A DNA stretch of 55,053 nucleotides from an uncultured Gammaproteobacteria bacterium (GCA_964408995.1 CAYPBP010000005.1:1-55053); one strand, 5' to 3'. Positions 18,970-31,200 are shown, counted from the first letter of the stretch. Made by a program: numbers and translations. Notes: generated by a model from the letters alone, not told the origin.

Positions 18970-19851
18970 ATGCTTCTTTTATTTTTAATATTATTACTTC
19001 TCCCAAGACCTGTTTTTGCCAAAGAAATTCCCAAATCAGTAAATATTTCTGCTTCTATTGGTGAAAATGAAGTCACTATCTTTGGTTACAGTTCTCCAAA
19101 TGCCAAAATTGAATTAACTGGTATCAATATTTATTCCCTGACTTTTAGCGGCAAAGACGGCTATTTTAAATTTGACAAAATTATTCTGCCAAGAGGCAAA
19201 TCAGAACTCTGTTTGCAAGCAAAAGACACCAACAATAGAAGTACTACTCCAATATGCATTCCTCCGCCACCACCAACCAATTACCATACTGACATTGGCC
19301 CTATTCTTTTACCACCTACAGTTTCTTTGGAACAAGATAAAATCAATCCTAACTCAACTGTCATTTCTTCTGGTCAAAGTATTCCTAATTCCCCTGTTAC
19401 CATTTTCTTTTATAAAGAAAATGACAAAGGTAAGTCTTTCCCCAAAAAAGTTCTTGCTTATTCCCTACCACCATTAAAAAGCAACTCTGATAACGAAGGT
19501 CATTACAGTTTAAATCTGCCTACCGCCTATTCTAGTAATTACAGGCTCTACACTTCAGTTCAATATGGCGATAACTTTTCTCCAAAATCAAACACTCTTT
19601 TATTTTTAATGCCATCTTTTTCTAAACTATGGCTTCAACAAAATTCATATTTAGCTATCATTTTATTTGTTTTTATCTTAACTATTCTCCTTTTCTTCAT
19701 CCTCCTATTCTTAAATTCCAAAACTTACAAAAAAATAATAGAAATTAGATTTCTTCCTGCCATTCGTAATTTTTATCCTGCCATTAGAAACGAAAATTAC
19801 CCTTATGTTTATCCAGAAAGTCTTAATCGTCGCTTCAAAATCCCAAAATAA
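18970..19851 (+). CDS. Ig-like domain surface protein with C-terminal TM
   Basis: Signal peptide; two repeats of the G.S.PNA/S.I/V...DG.F/Y pattern; TM near C-terminus. Confidence 0.7.
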   Translation: MLLLFLILLLLPRPVFAKEIPKSVNISASIGENEVTIFGYSSPNAKIELTGINIYSLTFSGKDGYFKFDKIILPRGKSELCLQAKDTNNRSTTPICIPPPPPTNYHTDIGPILLPPTVSLEQDKINPNSTVISSGQSIPNSPVTIFFYKENDKGKSFPKKVLAYSLPPLKSNSDNEGHYSLNLPTAYSSNYRLYTSVQYGDNFSPKSNTLLFLMPSFSKLWLQQNSYLAIILFVFILTILLFFILLFLNSKTYKKIIEIRFLPAIRNFYPAIRNENYPYVYPESLNRRFKIPK

Positions 19852-19863
19852 AGTCAATCTCTA

Positions 19864-20457
19864 TTAATCTTCTGACAAAGTTATCTCTTTAATTCTGTTT
19901 ATTTCCTCGTTAACTTTCAAAACTAAATCTTTTTTTTCTATATCTAAAATATTTTCTGCATTGTCTCCCAAATTAAAAATACCATTATTATAAGAAGCAC
20001 TTATTCTTGTTGGTCCAAAACGACCCTTACCATTAGAAGCCAAAGGATCTTCTATCCAATGTTTATTAAAATTTAAATAAACTTTAGCCCCACATTTTGA
20101 AAAATCTTCTGGATTTTCTGGATCAAAAATAGCTTCTTCCCAAGATATATAAGCTGGTTGTTCTTGTGAATATAAAGTTTTTATTTTATAAGAATTTTTA
20201 TTAAAAAAAAGGTTATGTTTATACTCTTTAATTCTCAATTCTCCTTTTGGTATTAAAACAACCACCTTTTCCTCTATCATTTCTTCAAAGATATCAACAA
20301 TTCCAGTTTCTTTAAGACCAAATACATTTTGTCTATATCTTTCAAAGAATTTTTGCTCCAATTGACCTCCAATATCTTCTTTCCCCACTATATTAGCTGG
20401 CTGAATATTTTCTATACCTTTACCCATATACCCATAATATACCATAAAATACGCCAA
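19864..20457 (-). CDS. Hypothetical protein (true start probably 20427)
   Basis: Open frame of 197 aa, no recognised motif. Confidence 0.6.
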   Translation of the reverse strand: MAYFMVYYGYMGKGIENIQPANIVGKEDIGGQLEQKFFERYRQNVFGLKETGIVDIFEEMIEEKVVVLIPKGELRIKEYKHNLFFNKNSYKIKTLYSQEQPAYISWEEAIFDPENPEDFSKCGAKVYLNFNKHWIEDPLASNGKGRFGPTRISASYNNGIFNLGDNAENILDIEKKDLVLKVNEEINRIKEITLSED

Positions 20458-20529
20458 AAAACAATTTTTTCAATATAAACAATATCCTTAGTAGCAGGAT
20501 AAAAAAGTTTAATATATACTTAATTAATA

Positions 20530-20940
20530 ATGAATAAATATTTAGTTGTTATTATTTTTTTATCGATATCTTTAGTCGCCTCTCTTTCTTTGGTTTTAAA
20601 AACCACTGTTTTTGTCAACAAAGCTGCCAATGATAACCAATCTAGTGTTGCTCTTGAAAATTCTTATCTTTTTGTTTCCCCTCTTCAAGTTAAAGCTGAC
20701 AATAAAGAAAAAATGCGAGTTACTGTCTTTCTTCTAGATGGTCGTGGTCTTGGTGTTTCAAACCAAACTGTTGATATTTCCACTTCTAATAAAGTTAATA
20801 TTATAGAAGTTCAAAAAAATACTGATGAATCAGGTAAGGCTGTGTTTGATATCTCATCAGAAACTGCTGGTCAATTTAGTCTATCTGCTAAAAGTAATGG
20901 TAAAACCCTTCCTCAGCAAGTTAAAGTGGTCTTTTATTAA
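20530..20940 (+). CDS. Membrane-anchored Ig-like (Big-1/invasin-type) domain protein
   Basis: N-terminal TM; KADNKEKMRVTVFLLDGRGLGVSNQTV, TDESGKAVF. Confidence 0.75.
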   Translation: MNKYLVVIIFLSISLVASLSLVLKTTVFVNKAANDNQSSVALENSYLFVSPLQVKADNKEKMRVTVFLLDGRGLGVSNQTVDISTSNKVNIIEVQKNTDESGKAVFDISSETAGQFSLSAKSNGKTLPQQVKVVFY

Positions 20941-20995
20941 AAACTCTATCCTTCTCCTTTAAAAAGACAAGGGGTTAAAATGCTAAAATAGCTTA

Positions 20996-23584
20996 GTGGA
21001 TAAACTATCTTACAAAACTCTTCTCATCATTTTATTTTCTCTTTTAATCGCCATTGTTATCCTGCTAAGATTTTTTATCATCAAACCGAATTCCGCCGTT
21101 GCCGCTTGGTGGGATGATGCTTGGAGTTATCGAAAAAGTATTAGCGTTAATAATACTGACAATCAACAATCAAATGTTTATTTAACCGTTACCATTGACA
21201 CTTCTGATTCGTCTAAATTTCAAAGCGATTGTGGTGATATTCGTTTCACTGATCAAAATAATAATCTTTTAGATTATTTTATTGTTTCTGGTTGTGGTAG
21301 TGATTCAACTGTTATTCACGTTAATTTCCCCACTTTGATAGCTGGTAATAGCACTTTTTATCTTTATTATGGCAATTCATCAGCTCCAAACGGCTTCAGT
21401 TTATTTGATTTTGCCACTGCTGCTACTAATTCCACTCCCAGTTTAAATTCTGAAGAAACTTCCCCTACTCCAGCAATTTCACCAATAATTCTAGGTGGTC
21501 AAGCAGGCAACCCTACTCCAGCCCCACTTCCTTATGAGCCACTTATATATTATAAATTTGACGAAGGTTATGGAAATACTTTTAAAAATTATGGCAGTCT
21601 TGGAGAGTCTTTAAACGGTGTCTTTGGTACTGCTGGCACAATTCCAGCTTGGATAGATGGAAAATATAATAAAGGTTTAGATTTTGGTACTAGTTCAATT
21701 GCTATATCATCAAGAACTTCTTCTTTATTAGACTATAATGCCACCAATGGTCTAACTTTAAGTGCTTGGATAAAAGCTAGCCCAAACGAAACCAATGGTG
21801 GCCACATAATAAGTAAACCTTGGACTAGTGGCGGAGTTTACAACTATAGCTTGTTTTATAGTTCTACTAAAAGAATAACTTTTAATGTTAGAACAGCAGC
21901 TACCACCTACACTTTAACTACTGGAATCACCGTTCCGGCTGACCAATGGGCTTATGTAGCCGCCACTATAAATCCAGACACTCAAACTGCCAATATATAT
22001 ATCAATGGCGTAGGTATTACTTCAAGATCTGATATTTCAAATGATTTTAATATTACTAGTAATAATATAAAATTAGCTCTTGGATGTCTTTATCCTTATC
22101 CTAATTCTTGTCATCTTGCAACTTTTCAAAACTTTCTTGGCTCTATAGATGAAGTTAAAATCTACAATGTCGCCCTAACTGCTAATCAAATTCTTCAAGA
22201 TTATAGTTATAATCAAAATCAATTTAATACTAGTTTTGGTTCTTCTCTCCAAACTATCAGCAATGTCACCACTCCAATAGAATATTGTATTCCTGGTGAT
22301 ACTTCTTTTTGTATACCTCCTGTCATGGAATGGAATTTTGAAGAAGGATTTGGTGATGCTATAGTCGACAGTGGTAGTAATATTGGTAGTACTTTTGTGG
22401 GAACACCTGCTCGTGTAACTGGCAAAATTGGTCAAGCAATGAGTTTTGATGGTTCAACTAATGGCATAAAAATAAGTACCACCAACACTTATGTTGATGA
22501 AACTATGTCAGCTTGGGTTTATATTGACTCATCTTCACCCAGTGGAGACATTGTTGGCAATTGTCACACCAACATTAATAGTGGTTATGGATTTACATTT
22601 TATCTAGATGGTAACACTTTAAGAACTAAAGCTGGCACTAACAATAAATCAAATTTCTATAACAATATCACTTATGATGTAACCAATCAAAAAAACAAAT
22701 GGTTACATCTAACTATGAGTTGGGATAATCTAGGAACAGGCGCCACTGGATTAGCTAGTCCTCTTGGATGTGATACAACCGTAAAATTGTATGTTAATGG
22801 TCAATTAGTTGATGAACACACAGATAATTTAACCGCTACTACCGGTTACACCTGTACTAAAGCATATGACTACCCTTTTTCTATGGGTGGAACCCTAACT
22901 AGTTCATCAACTAGATTAACCAAAGTCAAACTCGACAATGTCAGAGTTTATAATTATGTTCGCACCCCTGCCCAAGTTGCCTACGACTATAACAAAGGAG
23001 GACCTGTTGGGTGGTGGAAACTCAACGAGTGTCAAGGTTCAACCGCTTTTGATTCATCTGGATTAGGCAATACTGGCATCATTTCAATAGGTCAAAATGG
23101 ATCACAAGATACTCTTGGAACCTGTCAAATTAGCACCTCAGCAGCTTGGAAAAATGGTGCTAGTGGTAAACTAAATTCTTCACTAAATTTTGATGGTACA
23201 GATGATTATATTAACCTAGGTAGTATTACCCCCAATGTTAATAGTGTTTCTTTTTGGACCAAACCATCATCTAATAACCAATATTTTCTCCAACTATCAA
23301 ATGATTCGTATATAACAATGTCATCTGGGACAATTTCTACCACTGGTTTTAGTTCAGCTACTATCTATATTAATGGTAAGACCACAAATCTTTTACCAGA
23401 TAACAACTGGCACCATATAACCATAGTTACCGATACAAATATTATCCCCCAAACAGTTTATATTGGAAAAGCTTATAGTAATTACTACTCTGGCCAACTA
23501 GACGATATTCGATTTTATAACTACCCTCTAACAATTGAACAAGTCAAAATCTTATACAACAACGGAGTAGCTAATTTTAATTAA
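20996..23584 (+). CDS. DUF2341-like plus three LamG/concanavalin-A-like domain surface protein
   Basis: WWDDAWSYRKSI, DCGDIRFTD; repeated YYKFDEG/WNFEEG/WWKLNE starts and GSIDEVKIYN/LDNVRVYN/LDDIRFYN ends. Confidence 0.85.
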   Translation: MDKLSYKTLLIILFSLLIAIVILLRFFIIKPNSAVAAWWDDAWSYRKSISVNNTDNQQSNVYLTVTIDTSDSSKFQSDCGDIRFTDQNNNLLDYFIVSGCGSDSTVIHVNFPTLIAGNSTFYLYYGNSSAPNGFSLFDFATAATNSTPSLNSEETSPTPAISPIILGGQAGNPTPAPLPYEPLIYYKFDEGYGNTFKNYGSLGESLNGVFGTAGTIPAWIDGKYNKGLDFGTSSIAISSRTSSLLDYNATNGLTLSAWIKASPNETNGGHIISKPWTSGGVYNYSLFYSSTKRITFNVRTAATTYTLTTGITVPADQWAYVAATINPDTQTANIYINGVGITSRSDISNDFNITSNNIKLALGCLYPYPNSCHLATFQNFLGSIDEVKIYNVALTANQILQDYSYNQNQFNTSFGSSLQTISNVTTPIEYCIPGDTSFCIPPVMEWNFEEGFGDAIVDSGSNIGSTFVGTPARVTGKIGQAMSFDGSTNGIKISTTNTYVDETMSAWVYIDSSSPSGDIVGNCHTNINSGYGFTFYLDGNTLRTKAGTNNKSNFYNNITYDVTNQKNKWLHLTMSWDNLGTGATGLASPLGCDTTVKLYVNGQLVDEHTDNLTATTGYTCTKAYDYPFSMGGTLTSSSTRLTKVKLDNVRVYNYVRTPAQVAYDYNKGGPVGWWKLNECQGSTAFDSSGLGNTGIISIGQNGSQDTLGTCQISTSAAWKNGASGKLNSSLNFDGTDDYINLGSITPNVNSVSFWTKPSSNNQYFLQLSNDSYITMSSGTISTTGFSSATIYINGKTTNLLPDNNWHHITIVTDTNIIPQTVYIGKAYSNYYSGQLDDIRFYNYPLTIEQVKILYNNGVANFN

Positions 23585-23587
23585 AAT

Positions 23588-24001
23588 CTATTTAAAAGTT
23601 ACTTTAATTATCTTTCCTATTACCATTCCACCCACACTAGCTGTTAATTCATATTGTTTTGCTTGAGCAGAAGTCATTTCAAATTTAGCTTTACCAGAAT
23701 CATTAGTCATTGCATCTTGATCACCTAAGCCGGTTAATTTAATTTGTTTATTAGCAACTCCCTTCCCTTTGCTATCTAAGGCAAACACATTAACCACACA
23801 TTTATCTTTTCCATCAGCTTTAGCTAATATTTTTTCACCTATTACAATAGAATTCTTAGCCGAAACCTTACTGGAACCACTAGCTTTAGTCAAAAGAATT
23901 AAAGTATTTGGGATAACGGCCACTGCTAAGTAAATTACTAAGCCCAAAACCAATAAAAGACCAATTCCACTAAAAATAATCTTGTTTTTATTACCATTCA
24001 T
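23588..24001 (-). CDS. Membrane-anchored Big-1-type domain protein, paralog of 20530-20940 (likely start 24001)
   Basis: KADGKDKCVVNVFALDSKGKGVANKQI, TNDSGKAKF. Confidence 0.75.
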   Translation of the reverse strand: MNGNKNKIIFSGIGLLLVLGLVIYLAVAVIPNTLILLTKASGSSKVSAKNSIVIGEKILAKADGKDKCVVNVFALDSKGKGVANKQIKLTGLGDQDAMTNDSGKAKFEMTSAQAKQYELTASVGGMVIGKIIKVTFK

Positions 24002-24630
24002 TAACAAATCATAGCACAAAAGCACCTTTTTTCAATAAATTAGCAATAAATTAAGGAAACTGCTAATAAAGATTTTGTTTAATAAAAAAGCTTAAAGTAG
24101 GCATTTATTACAAAAAATCAAAGCTAAAAAGGCCAAAATTTAACCTAAAAAATATTTAATCAACCCAAAATTAGGCAAAACAGAGCAAATAAATACCTTT
24201 TAATGCTTTGTCCTTCTTTGTATATCAAATAGTCTCAAATTATAACCGTAAATATTTTCCTCAAAAAAACAAATAACAAGCACTTTTTTAAAAAAAATAA
24301 AAAAAATTGAGTAATTTTTTAACAAAATTAAATCATCTTTATACCCAAAAAGTATATCAATTAATATCTTTTAAGATATACCGCATTTCTCCGCATCAAT
24401 TCCATTTTTAAAAATTAAAAATTGGATATTTAGAATTATTTTATATTAGATTGATAGTAGATGTACTAAGCGTGATAATCATCGTGAAAGTATAAGTTTT
24501 AAATTAGAAATAAGAAAAATTTTTACAAGATAGTATCAAAAAACATCATTAAAATGCTAAAAAATACCTATTGACAGCCTTTTTCTAATAGTAGATAGTT
24601 ATATTAATTAATTATTAATTTATATAAACA

Positions 24631-24759
24631 ATGTATAAAACATATAACTTTGAACCTAAATCTTTATCACCGCAGAAAAAATACCATTTTCAAAAAACAG
24701 CTGAAAGTTTAGTGCCCTTTTTAATCATTGCGGCCACCTTTGTTTGGCTTTGGAAATAA
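24631..24759 (+). CDS. Small tail-anchored membrane protein (42 aa), not in ORF track
   Basis: MYKTYNFEPKSLSPQKKYHFQKTAESLVPFLIIAATFVWLWK; ends 6 nt before next ATG; TTGACA at 24571. Confidence 0.6.
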   Translation: MYKTYNFEPKSLSPQKKYHFQKTAESLVPFLIIAATFVWLWK

Positions 24760-24765
24760 GTTTCT

Positions 24766-25209
24766 ATGACTGCCCAAATCTTTGAATCCTACCAAAACTG
24801 GCTTAAAGCAAGATCTTATTCCAGTGCCACCATTAGAAACTACTTAGTTGACCTTAGAAAATACTTTCTTTTCACTAATCGAGATTCAGACGAGATATCA
24901 GATAACATTTTCAATTCAGACAATTTAAGCTCTTACTTTCAAAACATTAACCAAGACCAAAATTATAAACGTTTTTTAGCTTCGCTCTCTAAATTCTTTC
25001 AGTTTGCCTTAGATCAAAAACTAATTTCCAAAAGTCCTTTCAAAGAAGCTCTAAAAAATAATCAAGAAATAAAAGGCCATGATATTCCATCGGCTATAAA
25101 TTTATATAAACAACAGCTTGTTGCTAAAAAATCATCTCCATCAACTATACGAAACTATATCAACGACATTCATCAATTTATTAATTGGGCTTCAAGTGAA
25201 CCTAAATAA
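24766..25209 (+). CDS. Integrase core-binding (SAM-like) domain protein, 1.5 domains, no catalytic domain
   Basis: WLKARSYSSATIRNYLVDLRKY...KRFLASLSKFFQF...SPF, then QLVAKKSSPSTIRNYINDIHQFINW. Confidence 0.8.
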   Translation: MTAQIFESYQNWLKARSYSSATIRNYLVDLRKYFLFTNRDSDEISDNIFNSDNLSSYFQNINQDQNYKRFLASLSKFFQFALDQKLISKSPFKEALKNNQEIKGHDIPSAINLYKQQLVAKKSSPSTIRNYINDIHQFINWASSEPK

Positions 25210-28200
25210 TCTATTTACTACTTCTCGTCTAAACGAATATACTGCTTTCTTAAAAAGCACCAATCTTTCTGATGCCAGTCTTAAACGTAAGCTTTCTTCT
25301 CTTTCTTCTTTTCAAAAATTTTTAGTTAAAAAGAAACTAATTCAACCTGATTCAAACCCACTCACCTTCCAAACACCTTCTTTTAGCAACGAGACTATAA
25401 AAAAAAACATTGAAAACTCTATAAACCAACCTGAATTAAAAGCTAATTTTTTAAAAAAAATAATTTCCCGTTTCATACCAGATACTAAATACTTAATACC
25501 AAATACTAAACCAAACAATTTCTTATTCCGTTACATAACCATTTTCTCTCTTTTTGCTATTGGCGTTGGTCTTGGCTTCACTCTCTATCAACAAGCCTTT
25601 ATTCAATCAAATAAAAATCTAGCTTATTCAAATGCCAATAATCCAGTCAAAGCTGGTCGTTTTCTTTCCTTTCAAGGCCGTTTAACTGACTCTAGTGGTA
25701 ATCCTATTGTTGCAGAAACTGAGATCTATTTTCAACTTTGGAATAAAGATATTGGGGGTACTATGCTTTACACCACACTAGACAATGGTAACAGTCAAAC
25801 TGTTATCCCCGACGAAAATGGTATCTTTTCCATCACTATTGGTAAAAGTCATGGACCAGAAATACCTGCTGATGTATTTTCTGAAAATGCCGAAATTTGG
25901 TTGGAAATTACTGTTGACGATGAAACAATGGAACCTCGCCAACCTATTGCTACTGTTGCCTATGCTCTCAATGCTGAAACCTTGCAAGGTTTACCACCAG
26001 ATGCTGGCGGTTATAAAGATACAGTGCTAGTTATAGATTCCGAAGGTAACTTAAACTTAGGAGAAACTTCTCCTACTATCAAATCTATATCTGGGACCAT
26101 GGGTATTGAAGGTCAAGCTATTCTTATTAAATCTTCTGAAGGTTCTGGTGGCAATATTGATATTAATCCAGATGGTCAAGGTATAGTTCAGTTAATTAAC
26201 GAAGCTAGTGATGGTAGCCTTGTTGTTAGTAATACAAATTTAATAATGGGTAATCTTATTACTGGTCAAGTTAATACCGAAGAACGTGGCTATAATTTCA
26301 TCGATTTTCAAAATAAAGATGCTTTTGGTGATTTAACTAGTCGTTTCTCTGTCAATTCCTATGGTGATGCTTATATAGACAATGATTTAACTGTATCAAA
26401 CAACGCTGATATTGGTGGTAGCCTTTCTGTAAGTGATTATTCTATTTTTTCTAAAGGTATCGGTATCACTGGCAATTCTGCTTTTAATAATAATCTTTCT
26501 ATTGGTGGGACTTTAACTTTATCTCAAAATCCTGGAGCTGGTAAAATTCTTCAATCAGATGCTTTTGGTAATGCTTCTTGGGTTGACAATAACGGCAGTG
26601 GTGTAGGTGTTAGTTATTTTTCTGGATCAGGTTTAACTTTAAATAATGATACTTTCAAACTAGGCGGTGCCTTAACTGAAAATATGCGTCTTAATATTGG
26701 AAACACAGAAGCTTTTTATATTCAAAATTCAACTGGTAATATCGGTCTTGGTACCACTAATCCCACAGCAAAGCTTAGTGTAGTTGGTGATATTGGAGCT
26801 AATCAACTCAACATCACCACCTCAGGTGAAACTTTTGGACCTGGTACTATTATTTACTCAGCTAACTCCAACTTATCGGGTTCCATAAATACTGGCGATT
26901 TTAATAATGATGGTAAAACAGATTTAATTATTAACGATCAATATTTTTACAGGGTTAGAGTTTTTACTGGTAATGGTGATGGTACTTATCAAAATAGTAC
27001 TATTCATCAAACTAATGATATTAGTTATTTTGATCCATCATCAATAACTATCGCTGACTTCAATAATGATAATTATGACGACTTTGCTATTACTAGTAGT
27101 AATTATAGTGATCAAATTATTGTCTTTATTAATAATCAAAATAGTGATTTTGATTCTGGAACTAGTTATTTGGTTGATGGCTATTCATCTTCCATTAATA
27201 GTGGTGATTTTAATGGTGATGGATTTATTGACTTATTAACTAATAATCCAGACAGTAATAACATTAGTGTTTTTCTTAATAATAATGGTACTTTTGGAAC
27301 GGGTGTTACTTATTTCAGTGATACTTATGTATATAATACTGAAATTAGTGATTTTAATAGTGATGGTAAAGACGATTTAATTTATTTAGATGGTTATTCA
27401 GGTGACTTAACTGTAGTTCTTAGTAATAATGGCACTTTTGGAACTGGTGTTACTTATCCAACAAATAATTATGGAGATATTGAAATTAATGATTTTAATT
27501 TTGATGGTAAAAACGATTTTGTCGTTTATGATGGGTATTCTTTAGATGTTTATCTTAATAACAATGGTACTTTTAATAAAAGTACTTTTAATATTTCAAC
27601 AAGTGGTGTATCTCAAATTAATAGTGGTGATTTTAATGGTGATGATTATCCTGATTTAGTCACTAATACAGATTCCAACAACATTGCTGTTTTAATTAAT
27701 AATAATGGCACTTTTGAAAGTAATATTTACTATCCAACTAATGGAGATATATCAACTTCTATCACCACCGGTGATTTTGATAGTGATAATAAAGACGAAA
27801 TAGTATCAATCAATGGTAATACTAAAGTCAGTTTTTTTAATGAAAGACCAAACATATCTATCATTACTGATAATATTGGTAACATTGGTATTGGAACTAC
27901 TTCTAACTCTTTATATAAACTAACTGTTGTTGGTGATGCATTATTTTCTAATAAACTTTCAATTGGCGGTACTCTTTCAGCTAATTATATTTCATCTACC
28001 AATATTTACAATACCAACTCTGTATCCACCAGTAGTCTTTATACTACTTCTTTTAGACTTGCTAATAATGTTCATAATGGATATATTTTAACGAGTGATG
28101 TTTGGGGTAATGGCATTTGGACTGCCCCTTCAACTATTGGTACCAATTATGTTGCTGGCAACGGTATTACTATTAATAGTAGTAACCAATTTAAGCTTGG

Positions 28201-31200
28201 TGGTAGATTAACTGAAAATACTTCTATTGGTGTTTCTTCGTTTGGATTGTCTTTTCTAGGCCTAGGTAATACCCAAGCACTTTATATTGCTTCTACCGGG
28301 AGGATTGGTATTGGCACCACTAGCCCAAGTTATAAGCTTCATGTTATTGGTAATGGTTATTTTTCTACGAATCTTTCAGTTGGCGGAACTTTAACCCTAA
28401 CTCAAGGCGCTGGAGCTAATAAAATTCTTCAATCAGATGCTTCTGGTAATGCTTCTTGGGTTTCCCCTTCAAGTATTGGTACTACTTATGTCGCTGGAAA
28501 TGGTATTACTCTTAATAGCAGTAATCAATTTAAACTAGGTGGTAACTTAATTGAAAATACTTCTATTGGTATTTCGTCCTCTTATTTAAGATTTACTGCT
28601 GGTAATGGTAGTACTGAAGCCCTTTATATTTCTAATACCAGCAGAGTTGGTATTGGCACCACTAATCCTCTCTCTAAATTAAGTGTAGTTGGTTCTATTT
28701 CTGGTGATAACCTAGTTCTAGCTGGTAATGTTCAATTGAACAGTTTTGCTGGTTTTAATAATTACTTAGATAGCTCTGGCGGTCTTGGTACTGGTGGTAT
28801 TCAAAGAATAACTAGTACTGGTAATTTAACTAATATTAGCTCTATCCAAGCTGGACAACTTAATATTACTTCTGATTTTAATTTTAGTATTGGAACCAGT
28901 TACCCCATAAATATAGGAAGTTCTGAACCATCTTCTATAACTTCTGCTGATTTTAATGGTGATGGTAAACCTGATTTAGCTACCGCTAATGGTGGAAGTG
29001 ATAATATTACTATTTTTATTAATAACGGAAATGGTGCTTATAGTACTGGCGTTGATTACTCTAATAATATTGGAAGTCACCCATGGTCTATAACTTCCGC
29101 TGATTTCAATAGTGATGGTAAACCTGATTTAGCTACCGCTAATGGTGGAAAAGGAAATATCACAATATTTACCAACAATGGAGATGGAACTTTTGGAACT
29201 GGCATTACTACTCGCGCCCCATCCTATTCAAATTGGCATCGTTCCATAATTTCGGCTGATTTCAATAGTGATGGTAAACCTGATTTAGCTACCGCTAATA
29301 CTGGTGACAATAAAATAAATGTCTATCTAAATAATGGCAATGGTAATTTTATAAATAGCACTAATTATTCGGTTCCTTGCCAAGACCCATCTTCTATAAC
29401 TTCTGCTGATTTCAATGGTGATGGTAAACCTGATTTAGTTACTTACGAACAAGAGCACTCTACCCTTTGTGTTCTAACTAATAATGGTGGTAATTCCTTT
29501 ATAGGTACCACCAATCCTCAACCGGACATTGGTTATTCGCAAAATAATATTATTTCTACTGATTTTAATGGTGATAGTAAAACTGATTTAATAGTTACCT
29601 CCCATAAATATGATGGTGGTAATACGACAACCATGGTAAATATTTTAAATGGTATCGGTAATAGTACTTTTGGAGTTGGTGCTAGTTATCAAATGTCTCT
29701 AGATTCGTATACATATAACAATAGTATAACTACTAATGATTTCAACGGTGATGGTAAACCTGACATAGCTACTCAAAAAATGACTTGGGATGAAAATAAT
29801 TATTGGAGCTACAATACAGTTATTATCCCTAATAATGGTGATAATACTTTTGGTCTTGGCATTACTTATCCATCAACATATGGATGGCAAAATTCCATTA
29901 TTTCGAATGATTTTAATAGTGATGGTAAAGACGATTTAGCATATATAAGTGGTTCCACCATTAACGTTAATCTGAATAATTCTAACCCAACTCTTTTCAC
30001 TTCAATTTCGGGAAATGTCGGCATCGGCACTAGTAATCCTTTATCTAAACTAAGTGTTATCGGCGACGCTTCAATTTCAAGCAATCTTTCAGTCGGTGGA
30101 TCTTTAACATTAACTCAAGGAGCTCAGGAAGGATATATTTTAACTAGCGATTCAAACGGTAATGCCTATTGGGCTATAAGTGGCAGTGGTGGAATTGGTA
30201 CTGTCAATAATGGTCTTACTTTGTCTAATTATCAACTTCAATTAGGAGGTAATTTAATTCAAAATACATCAATTGGTGTTTCATCATTTGGACTATCATT
30301 TTTAAGTTCAGGCGATACTCAAGCACTTTATATTGCTTCTAATGGCAGCATTGGTATCGGTACCACCAACCCAACAGCAAAACTAAGTGTTGTTGGCAAC
30401 GCTTATTTTGCCGATAATGTCGATCTTGGTACTACTAATCAAACAGCAAAATTAGAAATAACAGGCAATATTAAGATTAACTCGATTAGTCATACATTAG
30501 ATACCGGAACCACTTATCCAGAAAATAATGATTATGGTAGGCCATGGGGTATCACTTCCGCCGATTTTAATGGTGATAATAAAATTGACATAGCTACTGT
30601 TGACCGCAGTCAACATAAATTTTTTATTTTTAATAACACCAACAATGGCAACTTTGATGTTGGTGCCAGTTATTATGTAGAATCGCCAACTTCCATCACT
30701 ACTGGTAATTTTAATAATGATGATAAACCTGATTTAGCCATAGTTAGTTGGCAAACTATTGGTGTTTTTACAAATGATGGCAGTGGTAATTTTGACACTG
30801 GCACAACTTATCCTAGTCATACATATGCATATAATAATAAAATTATAACCGCCGATTTTAATAATGATAGTAAAGATGATATAGCCGTTTCCTCCTACAA
30901 TGGTGACAGTTTTGAAATTTTTACAAATGATGGCAGTGGTAATTTTGGCACTGGCATAACTTATCCATCAACATCAGTAAGATCTATCGCTTCTGACGAT
31001 CTTGATGGTGATGGTAAAAAAGATTTAGTAACTTTTAATAACGGTTATATCACTATTTTTACAAATGATGGCAGTGGTAATTTTGACACTGGCACAACTT
31101 ATTCTGGATCTGGAGGAGCAACTAATTTTAACGGTTCACCAATGGCAATTGCCGATTTTAATAATGATAGTTTTAAGGATATAGCAACTTTAAATAATGA

